Shown here one piece after another: positions 6,650 through 16,020 of a stretch of DNA of 17,685 nt. Source of the DNA: an uncultured Pseudomonadota bacterium (GTDB lineage: Bacteria > BMS3Abin14); the NCBI GenBank assembly GCA_964454175.1, contig CAYVSA010000004.1:2387-20071 (forward strand), written 5' to 3'. The position numbers and the translations under genes are program-made. The first letter of the stretch is position 1, and every line of letters starts with the position of its first letter. The notes under the pieces were generated by a model. It was not told where the DNA came from and did not search any database. It was given only the letters and a program-made list of their open reading frames with translations.

Positions 6650-9624
6650 CACATTCCTCCCAGGGTGGCCTGCCAGGCCCCCCTCATACTTTCCGTATCC
6701 AGGGAGACGATCCCGTTCCCTCCGCGGTTCACCATGAACATGGAGGACCCGGTCGTGCCGATCCTTGCCAATGCTGATCCGGCCATTATTTCTTCGAACA
6801 CAGCTGCGCTTTTTGCCTCCACTTCAACAAGGAACCTGCTTGCAGACTCCGAAAAGAGCACCTGATCATCCCTCATCCCTGTCTCGCCCGGGATGAGATC
6901 GAGATCTAATTCCATTCCGATATCTCCTGCAAGACTCATCTCAGCGGCAGCGATCCCCAGCCCGCCGTCCGAACAGTCGTGACAGGACCTCACCAGTCCT
7001 TTAGAGATCGCACGGTGGAGTTTTGAGAAACGCCCCGCGGCATCATCCAGATCCACCTTGGGAACCATGGATCCCGTGCAGCCCATATGTGCGTAGTACT
7101 CGGACGCGCCCAGTTCCATGAGGGTTTCTCCCAGGATATAAATGTAATTATCCGGCGCCTTCAGATCCATCGTAACGGCCCTTCTGACGTCTCCGATCTT
7201 GCCAATGATCGATACAAGGAGCGTCGGCGGGATGGAGATCTTGATGCCTCCCATAATGTAATCATTCTTCATGCTGTCCTTGCCAGAAATGAGGGGTACA
7301 CCAAATGCGCAAACAGCATCGTAAAGGCCCCTGTTCGCTCTCACCAGCTGGGCCAGCTTGAAGGCTCCGTCCGGCGTTTTTTCAGACTCTACCGGATCGC
7401 ACCAGCAGAAGTTGTCCAGTGCAGCGGCCCAGTTCGGATCCCCGCCGACTGCCACGTAGTTTCTCATGGCTTCATCTACGGCACACACAGCCATATGATA
7501 GGTATCAATGTCGCTGTATCGCGGGATTATCCCATTGGCTACAACGATACCCTCAAAGGAATCCAGGACAGGCCTGACAACTGCAGCGTCCGATGGACCG
7601 TCATTGCGGGCGCCGGTGAACGGTTTGACAACACTGCCACCCTGAACCTCGTGATCATATCTTCGGACGATGGACTCCTTGGAGCAGATATTAAGACGGC
7701 CAAGGAGGTCAAGAAGGACCCTCCCCAGATCCTTCGGGGTTTCGAAATCAGGTTCCTCCAGTACGGGCGGCTCCCATACCGCCTTGAGGTCCATCTGGGG
7801 AACGCCGTCATGAAGGAATTTCATCTCCAGATACCCGACTGTCCTGCCCTCGAATAAAAGGTGAAAATACCCGGTATCGGTAAACTCACCAAGGTCGGTG
7901 GATTCCACTCCCATTTTACTCGAGAGCTCGAGGAAGGCTTGCAGGTTTTCAGGGGGAACAGCAACCGTCATCCTTTCCTGGGCCTCGGATATGAGTATCT
8001 CCCATGGGTCCAACCCGGCGTATTTGAGGGGTGCCAGATCGAGATTGACGACAGCGCCGCCGGTGTCCTCGGCCATTTCACCCACAGAAGAAGAAAGGCC
8101 GCCGGCACCGTTGTCCGTGATACTGCTGTAAAGTCCAAGATCCCTGGCTTGGAGCAGAAAATCCGTCATGCGTTTTTGTGTTATCGGATCGCCGATCTGG
8201 ACCGCTGAAACCGGAGAACCCTCATGAAGCTCCTCGGAAGAAAAGGTCGCGCCGTGAATGCCGTCCTTGCCGATCCGTCCCCCGACCATGACCACTCTGT
8301 CTCCGACCCTGGCCTCCTTGAGGTGGGATGGCTGCCCGTTGATCTCACTGGGCATGATGCCTCCTGTGCCGCAGTAAACGAGAGGCTTACCCAGAAATCT
8401 TTCGTCGAACACGACCGCACCGTTCACGGTAGGTATACCGCTCTTGTTACCGCCGTGCTCTACTCCTTCTACCACACCTTCGTAGATCCTCCGCGGATGA
8501 AGTATCCGGGGCGGAAGGGGGTCGCTGTGGAAGGGTGACGCGAAACAGAACACATCGGTGTTAAAAAGCAGGTTCGCACCTTTACCGGTACCAAAGGGAT
8601 CCCTGTTGACACCCACGATACCGGTCAGGGCACCACCGTACGGGTCCAGCGCTGAAGGAGAGTTGTGGGTCTCAACTTTAAAGACAAGGCTGTACTCATC
8701 GTTGAATTTTATTACGCCAGCATTATCAACGAAAACAGACAGGCAGATATCCTCGTCGCCCTTTTCCATTCTGACCTTCTCCGTGGCTCCGACGATGAAC
8801 TCCCTGAACAGGGAGTCCACGACCTCCTCATTTCCGTCCGGGTCCACGCATGTGATCCTGGCGTTAAATATCTTGTGCTTGCAGTGTTCCGACCAGGTCT
8901 GCGCAAGAGCTTCGATCTCAACATCCGTGGCCCTGGCACCAAGGCCCATTTTCTTGCGTACCTCCAGGACCTCGGGTCTGGCATAATAATCCTGGATAAC
9001 CTTCATCTCGGCCCCGGTAAGAGCCAGGAGCATCTTGCTTGAGAGCCGGGCCAGGTCCTCCTCTTCCCCGTCGAGACTGATCTCCCTGACCTTGCTGCCG
9101 CCCCGGATGTTCACCTTGGGAACAGCTGCCTGGATACCGGTTTCCGGATCGAAATCAGGCCTGGCGATGATTCTCCAGGTATGGATCAGGTCGTTTGCCA
9201 GGACTTGAGAAGCTGCCCGGGTCGCGTCATCTCTGCTGAGCCCGCCGGAGATCCGATACTGGGTTGATGTGTATACTGCCTCTTCGTCCTTCAGGGATCT
9301 GCCCAACAGTTGGGAGACTGCTTCTTTAGCCGACCTTCCGACATTGTCCGTCACTCCCGGCTTGAAACCCACCTCAACGAGCATATCGAAATCGGAGCCG
9401 AGCGGCTTGCCAATGGAGTACTCCTGGATAACGGGATCGGTCAGGGGCCCGGAAGCTACTGCCAGAAGTTCATCCGCAGACAGGTCCATATCGAGGGTGT
9501 AGACGTTCAATGTCCTTATTGAGTCTACTGATGCGCCCGTCATTTCCCGGATGTCTCTGGCCGCTTTTTCACCTCTCGGGTCTGCGACCTTATCCCTGAA
9601 GCCAACTTCGATACGAACTGCCAA
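6649..9624 (-). CDS. purL: Phosphoribosylformylglycinamidine synthase synthetase subunit with two N-terminal PurS-like domains (PurSL fusion)
   Basis: TWSEHCKHKIF, KVETHNSPSALDPYGGA, GKDGIHGATFSS, DNGAGGL, SEAQERM, SGKDS and HDCSDGGL. TTG start with SD GGGGAGG, 1 nt after the purB stop. Confidence 0.97.
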   Translation of the reverse strand: MAVRIEVGFRDKVADPRGEKAARDIREMTGASVDSIRTLNVYTLDMDLSADELLAVASGPLTDPVIQEYSIGKPLGSDFDMLVEVGFKPGVTDNVGRSAKEAVSQLLGRSLKDEEAVYTSTQYRISGGLSRDDATRAASQVLANDLIHTWRIIARPDFDPETGIQAAVPKVNIRGGSKVREISLDGEEEDLARLSSKMLLALTGAEMKVIQDYYARPEVLEVRKKMGLGARATDVEIEALAQTWSEHCKHKIFNARITCVDPDGNEEVVDSLFREFIVGATEKVRMEKGDEDICLSVFVDNAGVIKFNDEYSLVFKVETHNSPSALDPYGGALTGIVGVNRDPFGTGKGANLLFNTDVFCFASPFHSDPLPPRILHPRRIYEGVVEGVEHGGNKSGIPTVNGAVVFDERFLGKPLVYCGTGGIMPSEINGQPSHLKEARVGDRVVMVGGRIGKDGIHGATFSSEELHEGSPVSAVQIGDPITQKRMTDFLLQARDLGLYSSITDNGAGGLSSSVGEMAEDTGGAVVNLDLAPLKYAGLDPWEILISEAQERMTVAVPPENLQAFLELSSKMGVESTDLGEFTDTGYFHLLFEGRTVGYLEMKFLHDGVPQMDLKAVWEPPVLEEPDFETPKDLGRVLLDLLGRLNICSKESIVRRYDHEVQGGSVVKPFTGARNDGPSDAAVVRPVLDSFEGIVVANGIIPRYSDIDTYHMAVCAVDEAMRNYVAVGGDPNWAAALDNFCWCDPVESEKTPDGAFKLAQLVRANRGLYDAVCAFGVPLISGKDSMKNDYIMGGIKISIPPTLLVSIIGKIGDVRRAVTMDLKAPDNYIYILGETLMELGASEYYAHMGCTGSMVPKVDLDDAAGRFSKLHRAISKGLVRSCHDCSDGGLGIAAAEMSLAGDIGMELDLDLIPGETGMRDDQVLFSESASRFLVEVEAKSAAVFEEIMAGSALARIGTTGSSMFMVNRGGNGIVSLDTESMRGAWQATLGGM

Positions 9625-9625
9625 A

Positions 9626-10927
9626 TTACCCCTCCCCGGAGAAGATCCTCTCGAATATCAGTTCCACCCCGGACAGGATATCCGCCGGGTCGAAAACAGC
9701 TGCGAGTACATCTTTATCCAGATGGCCTTTTAATTCAGGATCTTTTTCTACGAGCTCTTTGAAGGAACTCTGCGAATCAGCGGCGCTGTGGGCATTTTTC
9801 TGAACGACCAGGTATGCATCCTCTCTGGCCATCCCGGAGTCCACAAGCGCCAGGAGCAATCGCTGGGAGTAGGTCGTACCACCGGAAAGCTCCATGTTGG
9901 ATCTCATGCGATCGGGATAAACCACGAGCCCCTCCATCATGCCGGTGAACCTGTGGAGCATGAAATCCAGCGCGATGGAAGCATCCGGGAATATTATCCT
10001 CTCCACCGAAGAGTGACTGATATCCCTTTCATGCCACAGGGGAACATTTTCCATAGCCGCCAGGGAGTAGCTGCGTAAAAGTCTGGCAAGGCCGGTCAGG
10101 TTCTCGGAAAGTATCGGGTTCTTCTTGTGGGGCATTGCCGATGAACCCTTCTGCCCGCTGGTGAAGGGCTCTGAAGCCTCCCCCACTTCAGTTCTCTGAA
10201 GGTGCCTTATCTCCACGGCAAACTTTTCAATGGAGCACGCACAAAGTGCCAGGGAACTCATGTATTCGGCGTGTCTGTCCCTTTGCAGTACCTGGGTGGC
10301 TGCTTTTGCCGGAGTGAGCCCCAGCTCCGAACAGACGTGTGCCTCCACATCCGGAGATATAGTGGCATAGGTACCAACAGCCCCGGAGAGCTTCCCTACA
10401 GCCGCCGTCTGCCTGGCCCGTGAGATCCTGTCCCTGGCCCTGCCCATCTCATCATACCAGAGAGCCATCTTGAGGCCGAAGGTCGTGGGCTCAGCGTGCA
10501 TCCCGTGCGACCGCCCCATCATGATCATGTCCCGCGTCTTTAGCGCACGCTTTTTCAGTACCTGCCTGCAGCGGTCTATATCCTTCAGAATAAGGTCTGC
10601 AGCCTGCACCATCTGGACCGCCAGAGTGGTATCCAGTACGTCAGAGCTGGTCATCCCCAGATGGATGTACCTCGAGTCAGGCCCGACTTTTTCGGCAACT
10701 GACGTGAGAAAGGCTATAACATCGTGTTTGACCTCTTTTTCGATCTCATCGATCCGGACCAGATCGAAACCGGCATTGTCCCTGATGTTAGCCATTGACT
10801 CCTCAGGGATCTTTCCCAATCTGGCCTGTGCTTCGCACGCCAGTACTTCGATCCGCAGCCAGATATTGAAGCGGTTTTCCGGCTCCCAGATCGCTGCCAT
10901 CTCCGGACGAGAGTACCTTGGTATCAC
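9626..10927 (-). CDS. purB: Adenylosuccinate lyase
   Basis: MIPRYSRPEM, KHDVIAF, HLGMTSSD, GRSHGMHAEPTTFG, fumarase-family signature GSSAMPHKKNP, and HERDISHSSVER. GTG start with SD AGGGGAG. Confidence 0.98.
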   Translation of the reverse strand: MIPRYSRPEMAAIWEPENRFNIWLRIEVLACEAQARLGKIPEESMANIRDNAGFDLVRIDEIEKEVKHDVIAFLTSVAEKVGPDSRYIHLGMTSSDVLDTTLAVQMVQAADLILKDIDRCRQVLKKRALKTRDMIMMGRSHGMHAEPTTFGLKMALWYDEMGRARDRISRARQTAAVGKLSGAVGTYATISPDVEAHVCSELGLTPAKAATQVLQRDRHAEYMSSLALCACSIEKFAVEIRHLQRTEVGEASEPFTSGQKGSSAMPHKKNPILSENLTGLARLLRSYSLAAMENVPLWHERDISHSSVERIIFPDASIALDFMLHRFTGMMEGLVVYPDRMRSNMELSGGTTYSQRLLLALVDSGMAREDAYLVVQKNAHSAADSQSSFKELVEKDPELKGHLDKDVLAAVFDPADILSGVELIFERIFSGEG

Positions 10928-10947
10928 AGCTCCCCTTCCTTTCCTGT

Positions 10948-11730
10948 CTAGATCTCTATTCGCACCAGAGGCATCGCATCGTATGGCGAGGCTGCTCTGA
11001 GAATGGTCCCCTGGCCCTTGCGGCCGAAGACTTCTCTGGCCGTATCCAGCGCCAGCTCAGGTTCGTTGTTCACCTCTGACAAATGCGCAAGGGTAACCGA
11101 TTCCAGGCCTGCATGAGCCACCTCCTCAATAATACCGGAAGATGAGGTGTTGGAAAGGTGGCCCCTGCGGCTTCCCACCCTCTGCTTCAAGAACCAGGGA
11201 TATGGTCCGTCCATGAGCATCCGCTCATCGTGATTTGATTCAAGGATAAGGGCACGGCAGTCAGTCAGCCTCTCTCTTACCAGCGCAGTTCCGTATCCCA
11301 GGTCAGTTGCCAGGCCTATGCGTATTGAATCATGCTCCAGAGTGTAACCTACCGGATCTGCTGCGTCATGTGGAACTGAAAAAGGCCGGATCTTAAAACC
11401 TGCTGCAACAAAACTCTGTCCCGAGTTAACACATACCGTAGACACATCCTGGGGAAGGGACGATCCATTCAGGGTCAGGGCGGTCGCGTATACCGGAACT
11501 TTCAATTTCCTGGCCAGGGGCACTACCCCGCGCAGATGGTCAGAATGCTCGTGAGTCAGGAGAATTGCCCTGACACGGCCCGGGTCACCGCCGGCGGCTA
11601 AAGTCCTTTTTACTATCTCCCTGGCGCTGAGCCCCGAATCGACAAGAACGGCGCCCTCACCGCACTCGATGTAGGTGGAGTTGCCCTTGCTCCCGCTCGT
11701 CAGGACACTGAAAGAAACAGAATAGCTCAT
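10948..11730 (-). CDS. Metallo-beta-lactamase-fold hydrolase (YycJ/WalJ/PhnP-like)
   Basis: [14 protein letters not shown] (HxHxDH), [36 protein letters not shown] and [12 protein letters not shown] overlap with the dut stop. Confidence 0.92.
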   Translation of the reverse strand: MSYSVSFSVLTSGSKGNSTYIECGEGAVLVDSGLSAREIVKRTLAAGGDPGRVRAILLTHEHSDHLRGVVPLARKLKVPVYATALTLNGSSLPQDVSTVCVNSGQSFVAAGFKIRPFSVPHDAADPVGYTLEHDSIRIGLATDLGYGTALVRERLTDCRALILESNHDERMLMDGPYPWFLKQRVGSRRGHLSNTSSSGIIEEVAHAGLESVTLAHLSEVNNEPELALDTAREVFGRKGQGTILRAASPYDAMPLVRIEI

Positions 11731-12194
11731 GACCCCGTATGGCCGAAGCCACCTCCCCCCCTGTCAGTGCGGGGCAGTTCTTCGACCACCTGCAAACTGG
11801 CCGCTGCCACAGGAGCGATGACCATCTGGGCGATCCTCATTCCCCTGGTGATCCTGAAGGCCGAATCACCAAGGTTCATTAAAATGACCTTTACCTCGCC
11901 TCTGTAATCGGAATCTATCGTTCCCGGACTGTTTGGAAGAATAATAGCGTTCTTGAACGCGAGCCCGCTCCTGGACCTCACCTGCGCTTCGAAGCCTGCT
12001 GGCACGGCGATCTGTATTCCCGTCGGGACAAGGGCTCTTTCCAGTGGTTCAATGATGATATCATCTGTTACTGCTGCAGCAAGGTCCAATCCGGCTGAAC
12101 CGGGAGTGGCATAGGATGGGAGGGGCATGCCCTGCCCGTGAGGAAGGATACTGCACTTGATTGTTACCTCATTTTCATCAATCCTGAATTTCAT
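11727..12194 (-). CDS. dut: Trimeric dUTP diphosphatase
   Basis: All five motifs present: [27 protein letters not shown] and [10 protein letters not shown]. Start reassigned to ATG 12194 (MKFRID, SD GAGGA), overlapping the upstream gene by 17 nt. Confidence 0.96.
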   Translation of the reverse strand: MKFRIDENEVTIKCSILPHGQGMPLPSYATPGSAGLDLAAAVTDDIIIEPLERALVPTGIQIAVPAGFEAQVRSRSGLAFKNAIILPNSPGTIDSDYRGEVKVILMNLGDSAFRITRGMRIAQMVIAPVAAASLQVVEELPRTDRGGGGFGHTGS

Positions 12195-13449
12195 CCAAGC
12201 TATCCTCGCTAATCGGACCAATAGTGGTAACTGCCATCCGCTCGGGGTCGATGAGGCTTGAAGCGATCTGCAGAATATCCTCCCTTGTAACGGCATCAAT
12301 ATTATCTGCGATCTGGTCTGTGGTGATCTGACGTCCATAATAGATCTCGTTCCGGGCCAATTGGCTCATCCTGTTGCTGGTGCTCTCCTGCCCGAGGAGG
12401 AGGTTACCCTTAAGCTGCCTCTTGGCAATAGCAAGCTCATCTTCCGACACCAGCTCGGCCGCCATTCGATGGGCTTCCTCCCTGAGAAGCTTCATCGTGG
12501 TGGGAAATCCTTCTTTGGACGTACCACAGTAGACGGTCAGCATACCAGAGTCTTCATATGCGGACAGGTAGCTGAATACAGAGTATGCCAGGCTGTGCTC
12601 CTCCCTGATCTTCTGAAACAGCCTCGAACTCATCCCGCCCCCAAAGATCGTGTTCAGGAGAAACAGCCCGTAGCGCTTCTCGTCATTTACAGCCATCCCC
12701 TCGAAACCCGCGCAGAAATGCACCTGTTCAAGTGGACGATTCACGACTATGGTCCCCGAAGTTGCCCTGGGTCGCAACCGGACATTTGGTGACTCGCCGC
12801 CATTCAAGTCTCCAAAGTACTCCTCAATATCCCCGATGAACCTTTCAGGATCAATATTCCCTGCAGCCGTCAGGATCATGGAGCCGGCCCTGTACCGTTC
12901 GCGGTGGTATGAAAGGATCGTATCCCGGTCGATAGAACTCAGGGAGGAAACTGTGCCGAGGATCGGCTGGCCGAGGCTGTGATCTGCCCAGAACCCCCTT
13001 GAGTGCAGGTCGTGGATGAAATCCTCCGGAGTATCCTCAACCATGGAGATCTCCTGCAGGATTATGCCCCTTTCCCTGTCGATGTCCTCCTCACGGAACA
13101 CAGAGTTGACAGTAACATCCGAGAGCACATCCAGGGCTTCGGGAAGGGCATCGCCCAGGACCTTGGTGTAGTAGGAGGTAAGTTCCTTGCCGGTGAAGGC
13201 GTTGAGGGTGCCGCCGAGGGAGTCGATATCAAGGGATATCTGTTTTGCGGAACGTGTGGCTGTGCCTTTAAATGACAGGTGCTCGATCATGTGGCTGATG
13301 CCGGAACAACTCTTCTCTTCGTCCCTGGACCCTGTGAGAACCCAGAGCCCGACGCAAACCGACGAAAAGTCCCTTAACGGCTCAACGATTACCCTGAGCC
13401 CACTGGGAAGAGTCTCTATTACAATACCCACAGATGATCGGGCGGCCAT
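12178..13449 (-). CDS. M16 (pitrilysin/insulinase family) zinc peptidase
   Basis: Inverted zinc motif HMIEH (HxxEH), LNAFTGKE and [22 protein letters not shown]. Its position after pnp is typical. Confidence 0.95.
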   Translation of the reverse strand: MAARSSVGIVIETLPSGLRVIVEPLRDFSSVCVGLWVLTGSRDEEKSCSGISHMIEHLSFKGTATRSAKQISLDIDSLGGTLNAFTGKELTSYYTKVLGDALPEALDVLSDVTVNSVFREEDIDRERGIILQEISMVEDTPEDFIHDLHSRGFWADHSLGQPILGTVSSLSSIDRDTILSYHRERYRAGSMILTAAGNIDPERFIGDIEEYFGDLNGGESPNVRLRPRATSGTIVVNRPLEQVHFCAGFEGMAVNDEKRYGLFLLNTIFGGGMSSRLFQKIREEHSLAYSVFSYLSAYEDSGMLTVYCGTSKEGFPTTMKLLREEAHRMAAELVSEDELAIAKRQLKGNLLLGQESTSNRMSQLARNEIYYGRQITTDQIADNIDAVTREDILQIASSLIDPERMAVTTIGPISEDSLDEIQD

Positions 13450-13458
13450 TTTATTTTA

Positions 13459-15576
13459 TCAGGTTTCGGAAGTGTCGGATCCGGTTTCTTTCTTCAACTC
13501 CTGGTCTGCCGCTTTTTTGCTCAATCGTATCTTGCCATCCCTGTCGATATCCAGGACCTTTACGTTAAAGACATCGCCCTCTTTCACCACATCTTCCACC
13601 TTGTTCACCCTGTGTTCGGCGAGCTGGGAGATGTGAACAAGGCCGTCCGTACCCGGAAGTATCTCGACAAAAGCGCCGAAGTCCATGATCTTCCTCACGA
13701 GGCCCTTGTAGATCCTTCCGATCTCTGGTTCCTCGACGATCCTCTCGATCATCTCGAGAGCCTTCTTCCCGGCTTCCTCGTCCACCGAGGCGATGACGAC
13801 AGTACCATCGTCTTCAACTTCAACTTTAGCACCGGTCTCCTCGATGATCATTCGAATGATCTTGCCTCCGGGGCCGATGATCTCCCTGATCTTGTCAGGC
13901 TTGACCTTGATGGTGATGAGCCTCGGGGCGTATGGCGAGATATCCTCTTTGGGCTCCCTGATATGTTCATCCATTCTGTCGAGGATGAAAAGCCGGCCTT
14001 CCCTGGCCTGGTCGAGGGCCCTGGCCATCAACTCGGAACTTACTCCGGCGATCTTGATGTCCATCTGGAGGGCAGTGATCCCCTCCCTGGTACCAACAAC
14101 CTTGAAGTCCATATCACCGAGGTGGTCCTCAGCACCGAGGATGTCTGAAAGTACAACGGATTTTTCCGGGGAAAAAATGAGCCCCATGGCGATGCCAGCG
14201 ACCGCTTTGGATATAGGCACGCCGGCGTCCATCAAGGCGAGACTTGCGCCGCATACCGAAGCCATGGACGAAGAGCCGTTGGACTCAAGAATATCGGAAA
14301 CAACCCGGATCGTGTAGGGGAACTTATCCTTGTCCGGCAGCAGGTTCTTTACACCGCGCAATGCGAGGTTGCCGTGGCCTATCTCCCTGCGGGCAGGCCC
14401 TCTCAAGAATCTGGCCTCGCCAACACAGAAGGGCGGGAAGTTATAATGGAACATGAACTTTCGCCGATAATCGAATTCCAGGGCGTCGATGATCTGCTCG
14501 TCAACGCTGGTGCCGAGTGTTGTCACAACCAGCGCCTGTGTCTCACCCCTGGTGAATACAGCAGAACCGTGGGTCCGGGGAAGCGGGCCCACCTGGCATG
14601 TTATCTTCCGGATCTCGTCGGGCCTGCGCCCGTCCATACGGGACTGAGTTTCCAGGATCTGGTTTCTCATGAGATCCTTTTCCATATTTTTCAACAGGCT
14701 ATTAATTTCAGCATCCTTGCCCTCGACATCGTCTGTGTTACCGTATTCCGCGACTGCCTGGTCCCTGATCTCCCTCAGGCGGTCCTTACGCTCCATCTTG
14801 TCAAGTGTATTGAGGGCCTCGCTCATCTCCGCACTGCAAAAGCCGGCCAGAGTAGACTGCAGTTCTTCATCATTGATGTGTTCCTCAAACTGCTTCTTTT
14901 CCTTGCCCTTTGCATTTTTCAACTCTTCCTGCAGTTCTATGACCGCAACGATCTGCTTATGGGCGAACTGGAGAGCTCCCAGCATCTCGGCTTCGCTCAC
15001 CTCTTTTGATTCACCCTCCACCATCATGATGGCTTCCCTGCTGCCGGCAACGAGGACATCCATCCTGCTGTCTTCCAGGGCCTCGTAGGTGGGATTCAGG
15101 ATATACTCACCATCCTTCATTCCGACCCGTACGGCGCCAAGGATCTCGTAAAACGGAATGTCCGACACGGCCAGAGCAGCTGATGAAGCAATAAGCGCTA
15201 GCACATCAGGGTCGTTTTCCTTGTCAACCGACAGGATATTAATAATTATCTGGGTCTCGTGAGAATAACCTTTGGGAAATAAAGGTCTTACCGACCTGTC
15301 GATCAGCCGGCTGGTGAGAGTGTCTTTCTCGCTGGGCCGCCCTTCCCGCTTGAAAAAACCGCCTGGTATTTTGCCGGCGGCGTAGGTTTTTTCCTGATAA
15401 TTGACGGTCAGGGGGAGGAAACTCACTCCTTCCCTTGGGTCAGGCATAGTAACTGCGGTAGCCAGGACAACTGTGTCTGCGTATTTTGCAAGGACCGCAC
15501 CGTTGGCCTGTCTGGCGAGCGCTCCTGTCTCGAGGGTGATGGTCCGCCCACCCCATTCGATACTAACCTGTTTCAT
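13459..15576 (-). CDS. pnp: Polyribonucleotide nucleotidyltransferase (PNPase)
   Basis: GKIPGGFFKREG, HGSAVFTRGETQ, RREIGHG, ESNGSSSMASVC, EDHLGDMDFKV, KH domain IIGPGGK and S1 domain DFGAFVEI..GLVHISQL. SD CAGGAG. Confidence 0.99.
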   Translation of the reverse strand: MKQVSIEWGGRTITLETGALARQANGAVLAKYADTVVLATAVTMPDPREGVSFLPLTVNYQEKTYAAGKIPGGFFKREGRPSEKDTLTSRLIDRSVRPLFPKGYSHETQIIINILSVDKENDPDVLALIASSAALAVSDIPFYEILGAVRVGMKDGEYILNPTYEALEDSRMDVLVAGSREAIMMVEGESKEVSEAEMLGALQFAHKQIVAVIELQEELKNAKGKEKKQFEEHINDEELQSTLAGFCSAEMSEALNTLDKMERKDRLREIRDQAVAEYGNTDDVEGKDAEINSLLKNMEKDLMRNQILETQSRMDGRRPDEIRKITCQVGPLPRTHGSAVFTRGETQALVVTTLGTSVDEQIIDALEFDYRRKFMFHYNFPPFCVGEARFLRGPARREIGHGNLALRGVKNLLPDKDKFPYTIRVVSDILESNGSSSMASVCGASLALMDAGVPISKAVAGIAMGLIFSPEKSVVLSDILGAEDHLGDMDFKVVGTREGITALQMDIKIAGVSSELMARALDQAREGRLFILDRMDEHIREPKEDISPYAPRLITIKVKPDKIREIIGPGGKIIRMIIEETGAKVEVEDDGTVVIASVDEEAGKKALEMIERIVEEPEIGRIYKGLVRKIMDFGAFVEILPGTDGLVHISQLAEHRVNKVEDVVKEGDVFNVKVLDIDRDGKIRLSKKAADQELKKETGSDTSET

Positions 15577-15621
15577 AAGGTAGCTCCTGTAAAACGGTAA
15601 TAATGGTGGAAGAAAAAGACT

Positions 15622-15891
15622 TTACCTTCGAAGACCCAGCTTCTTGACAATATCCCTGTACCTGTCAACATCGTTGGTCTTGAGGTAATTGAGAAGCCTG
15701 CGCCGGCGCCCCACCATTTTAAGGAGGCCCACCCTTGAGTGGTGGTCCTTCTTGTGGGTGTTGAAGTGCTCAGTCAGTTCCTCTATCCTTTTGGAAAGGA
15801 GGGCTATCTGTACCTCCGGTGAACCTGTATCGGACTGATGGAGCTTATTGCCATCAATGAGTTCTTTCTTAACATCAGTGCTGAGTGGCAT
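15622..15891 (-). CDS. rpsO: 30S ribosomal protein S15
   Basis: [37 protein letters not shown] and LGLRR. 89 aa from ATG 15891, with SD AAAGGAG. Confidence 0.99.
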   Translation of the reverse strand: MPLSTDVKKELIDGNKLHQSDTGSPEVQIALLSKRIEELTEHFNTHKKDHHSRVGLLKMVGRRRRLLNYLKTNDVDRYRDIVKKLGLRR

Positions 15892-15921
15892 ATCTGTTTT
15901 TCTCCTTTCTGACAAAAGGCA

Positions 15922-15950
15922 ATGCTAACATTAAACCTGTCTTTTTTAAA
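15922..15950 (-). promoter_or_regulatory. Candidate sigma70 promoter for rpsO-pnp and downstream genes
   Basis: Minus strand reads TTTAAA, 17 nt spacer, TAGCAT, with TG in the extended -10 position and an A-tract just upstream. It lies in the AT-rich truB-rpsO spacer. Confidence 0.5.
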
Positions 15951-15959
15951 GTTTTTTGC

Positions 15960-15993
15960 GGTCAGATCAGCAATGAAAATGCTGATTTCGACC
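15960..15993. other. Imperfect inverted repeat (hairpin) downstream of truB
   Basis: Minus strand GGTC-GAA-ATCAGCA-TTTTCAT-TGCTGAT-CT-GACC. It is followed by an A-run rather than a U-run, so it is not a canonical intrinsic terminator. Confidence 0.55.
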
Positions 15994-16020
15994 GATAATT
16001 GAAGTTCGGCTGCACTTAAT

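Noticed and set aside
7087..7857. Long plus-strand ORF (256 aa) and similar ones such as 14374-15009, 13612-14148 and 10470-11000
   Set aside because: They lie wholly antisense to conserved genes (purL, pnp, purB) and show no recognisable motifs. Such ORFs are expected from codon bias in GC-rich genes.
12195..12338. Longer N-termini given by the ORF track for dut (also purF 5892, rpsO 15915, rbfA 17355 and the hypothetical at 4487)
   Set aside because: The extensions overlap upstream genes or lack family similarity. The downstream ATGs give typical lengths and mostly have good SD sequences.
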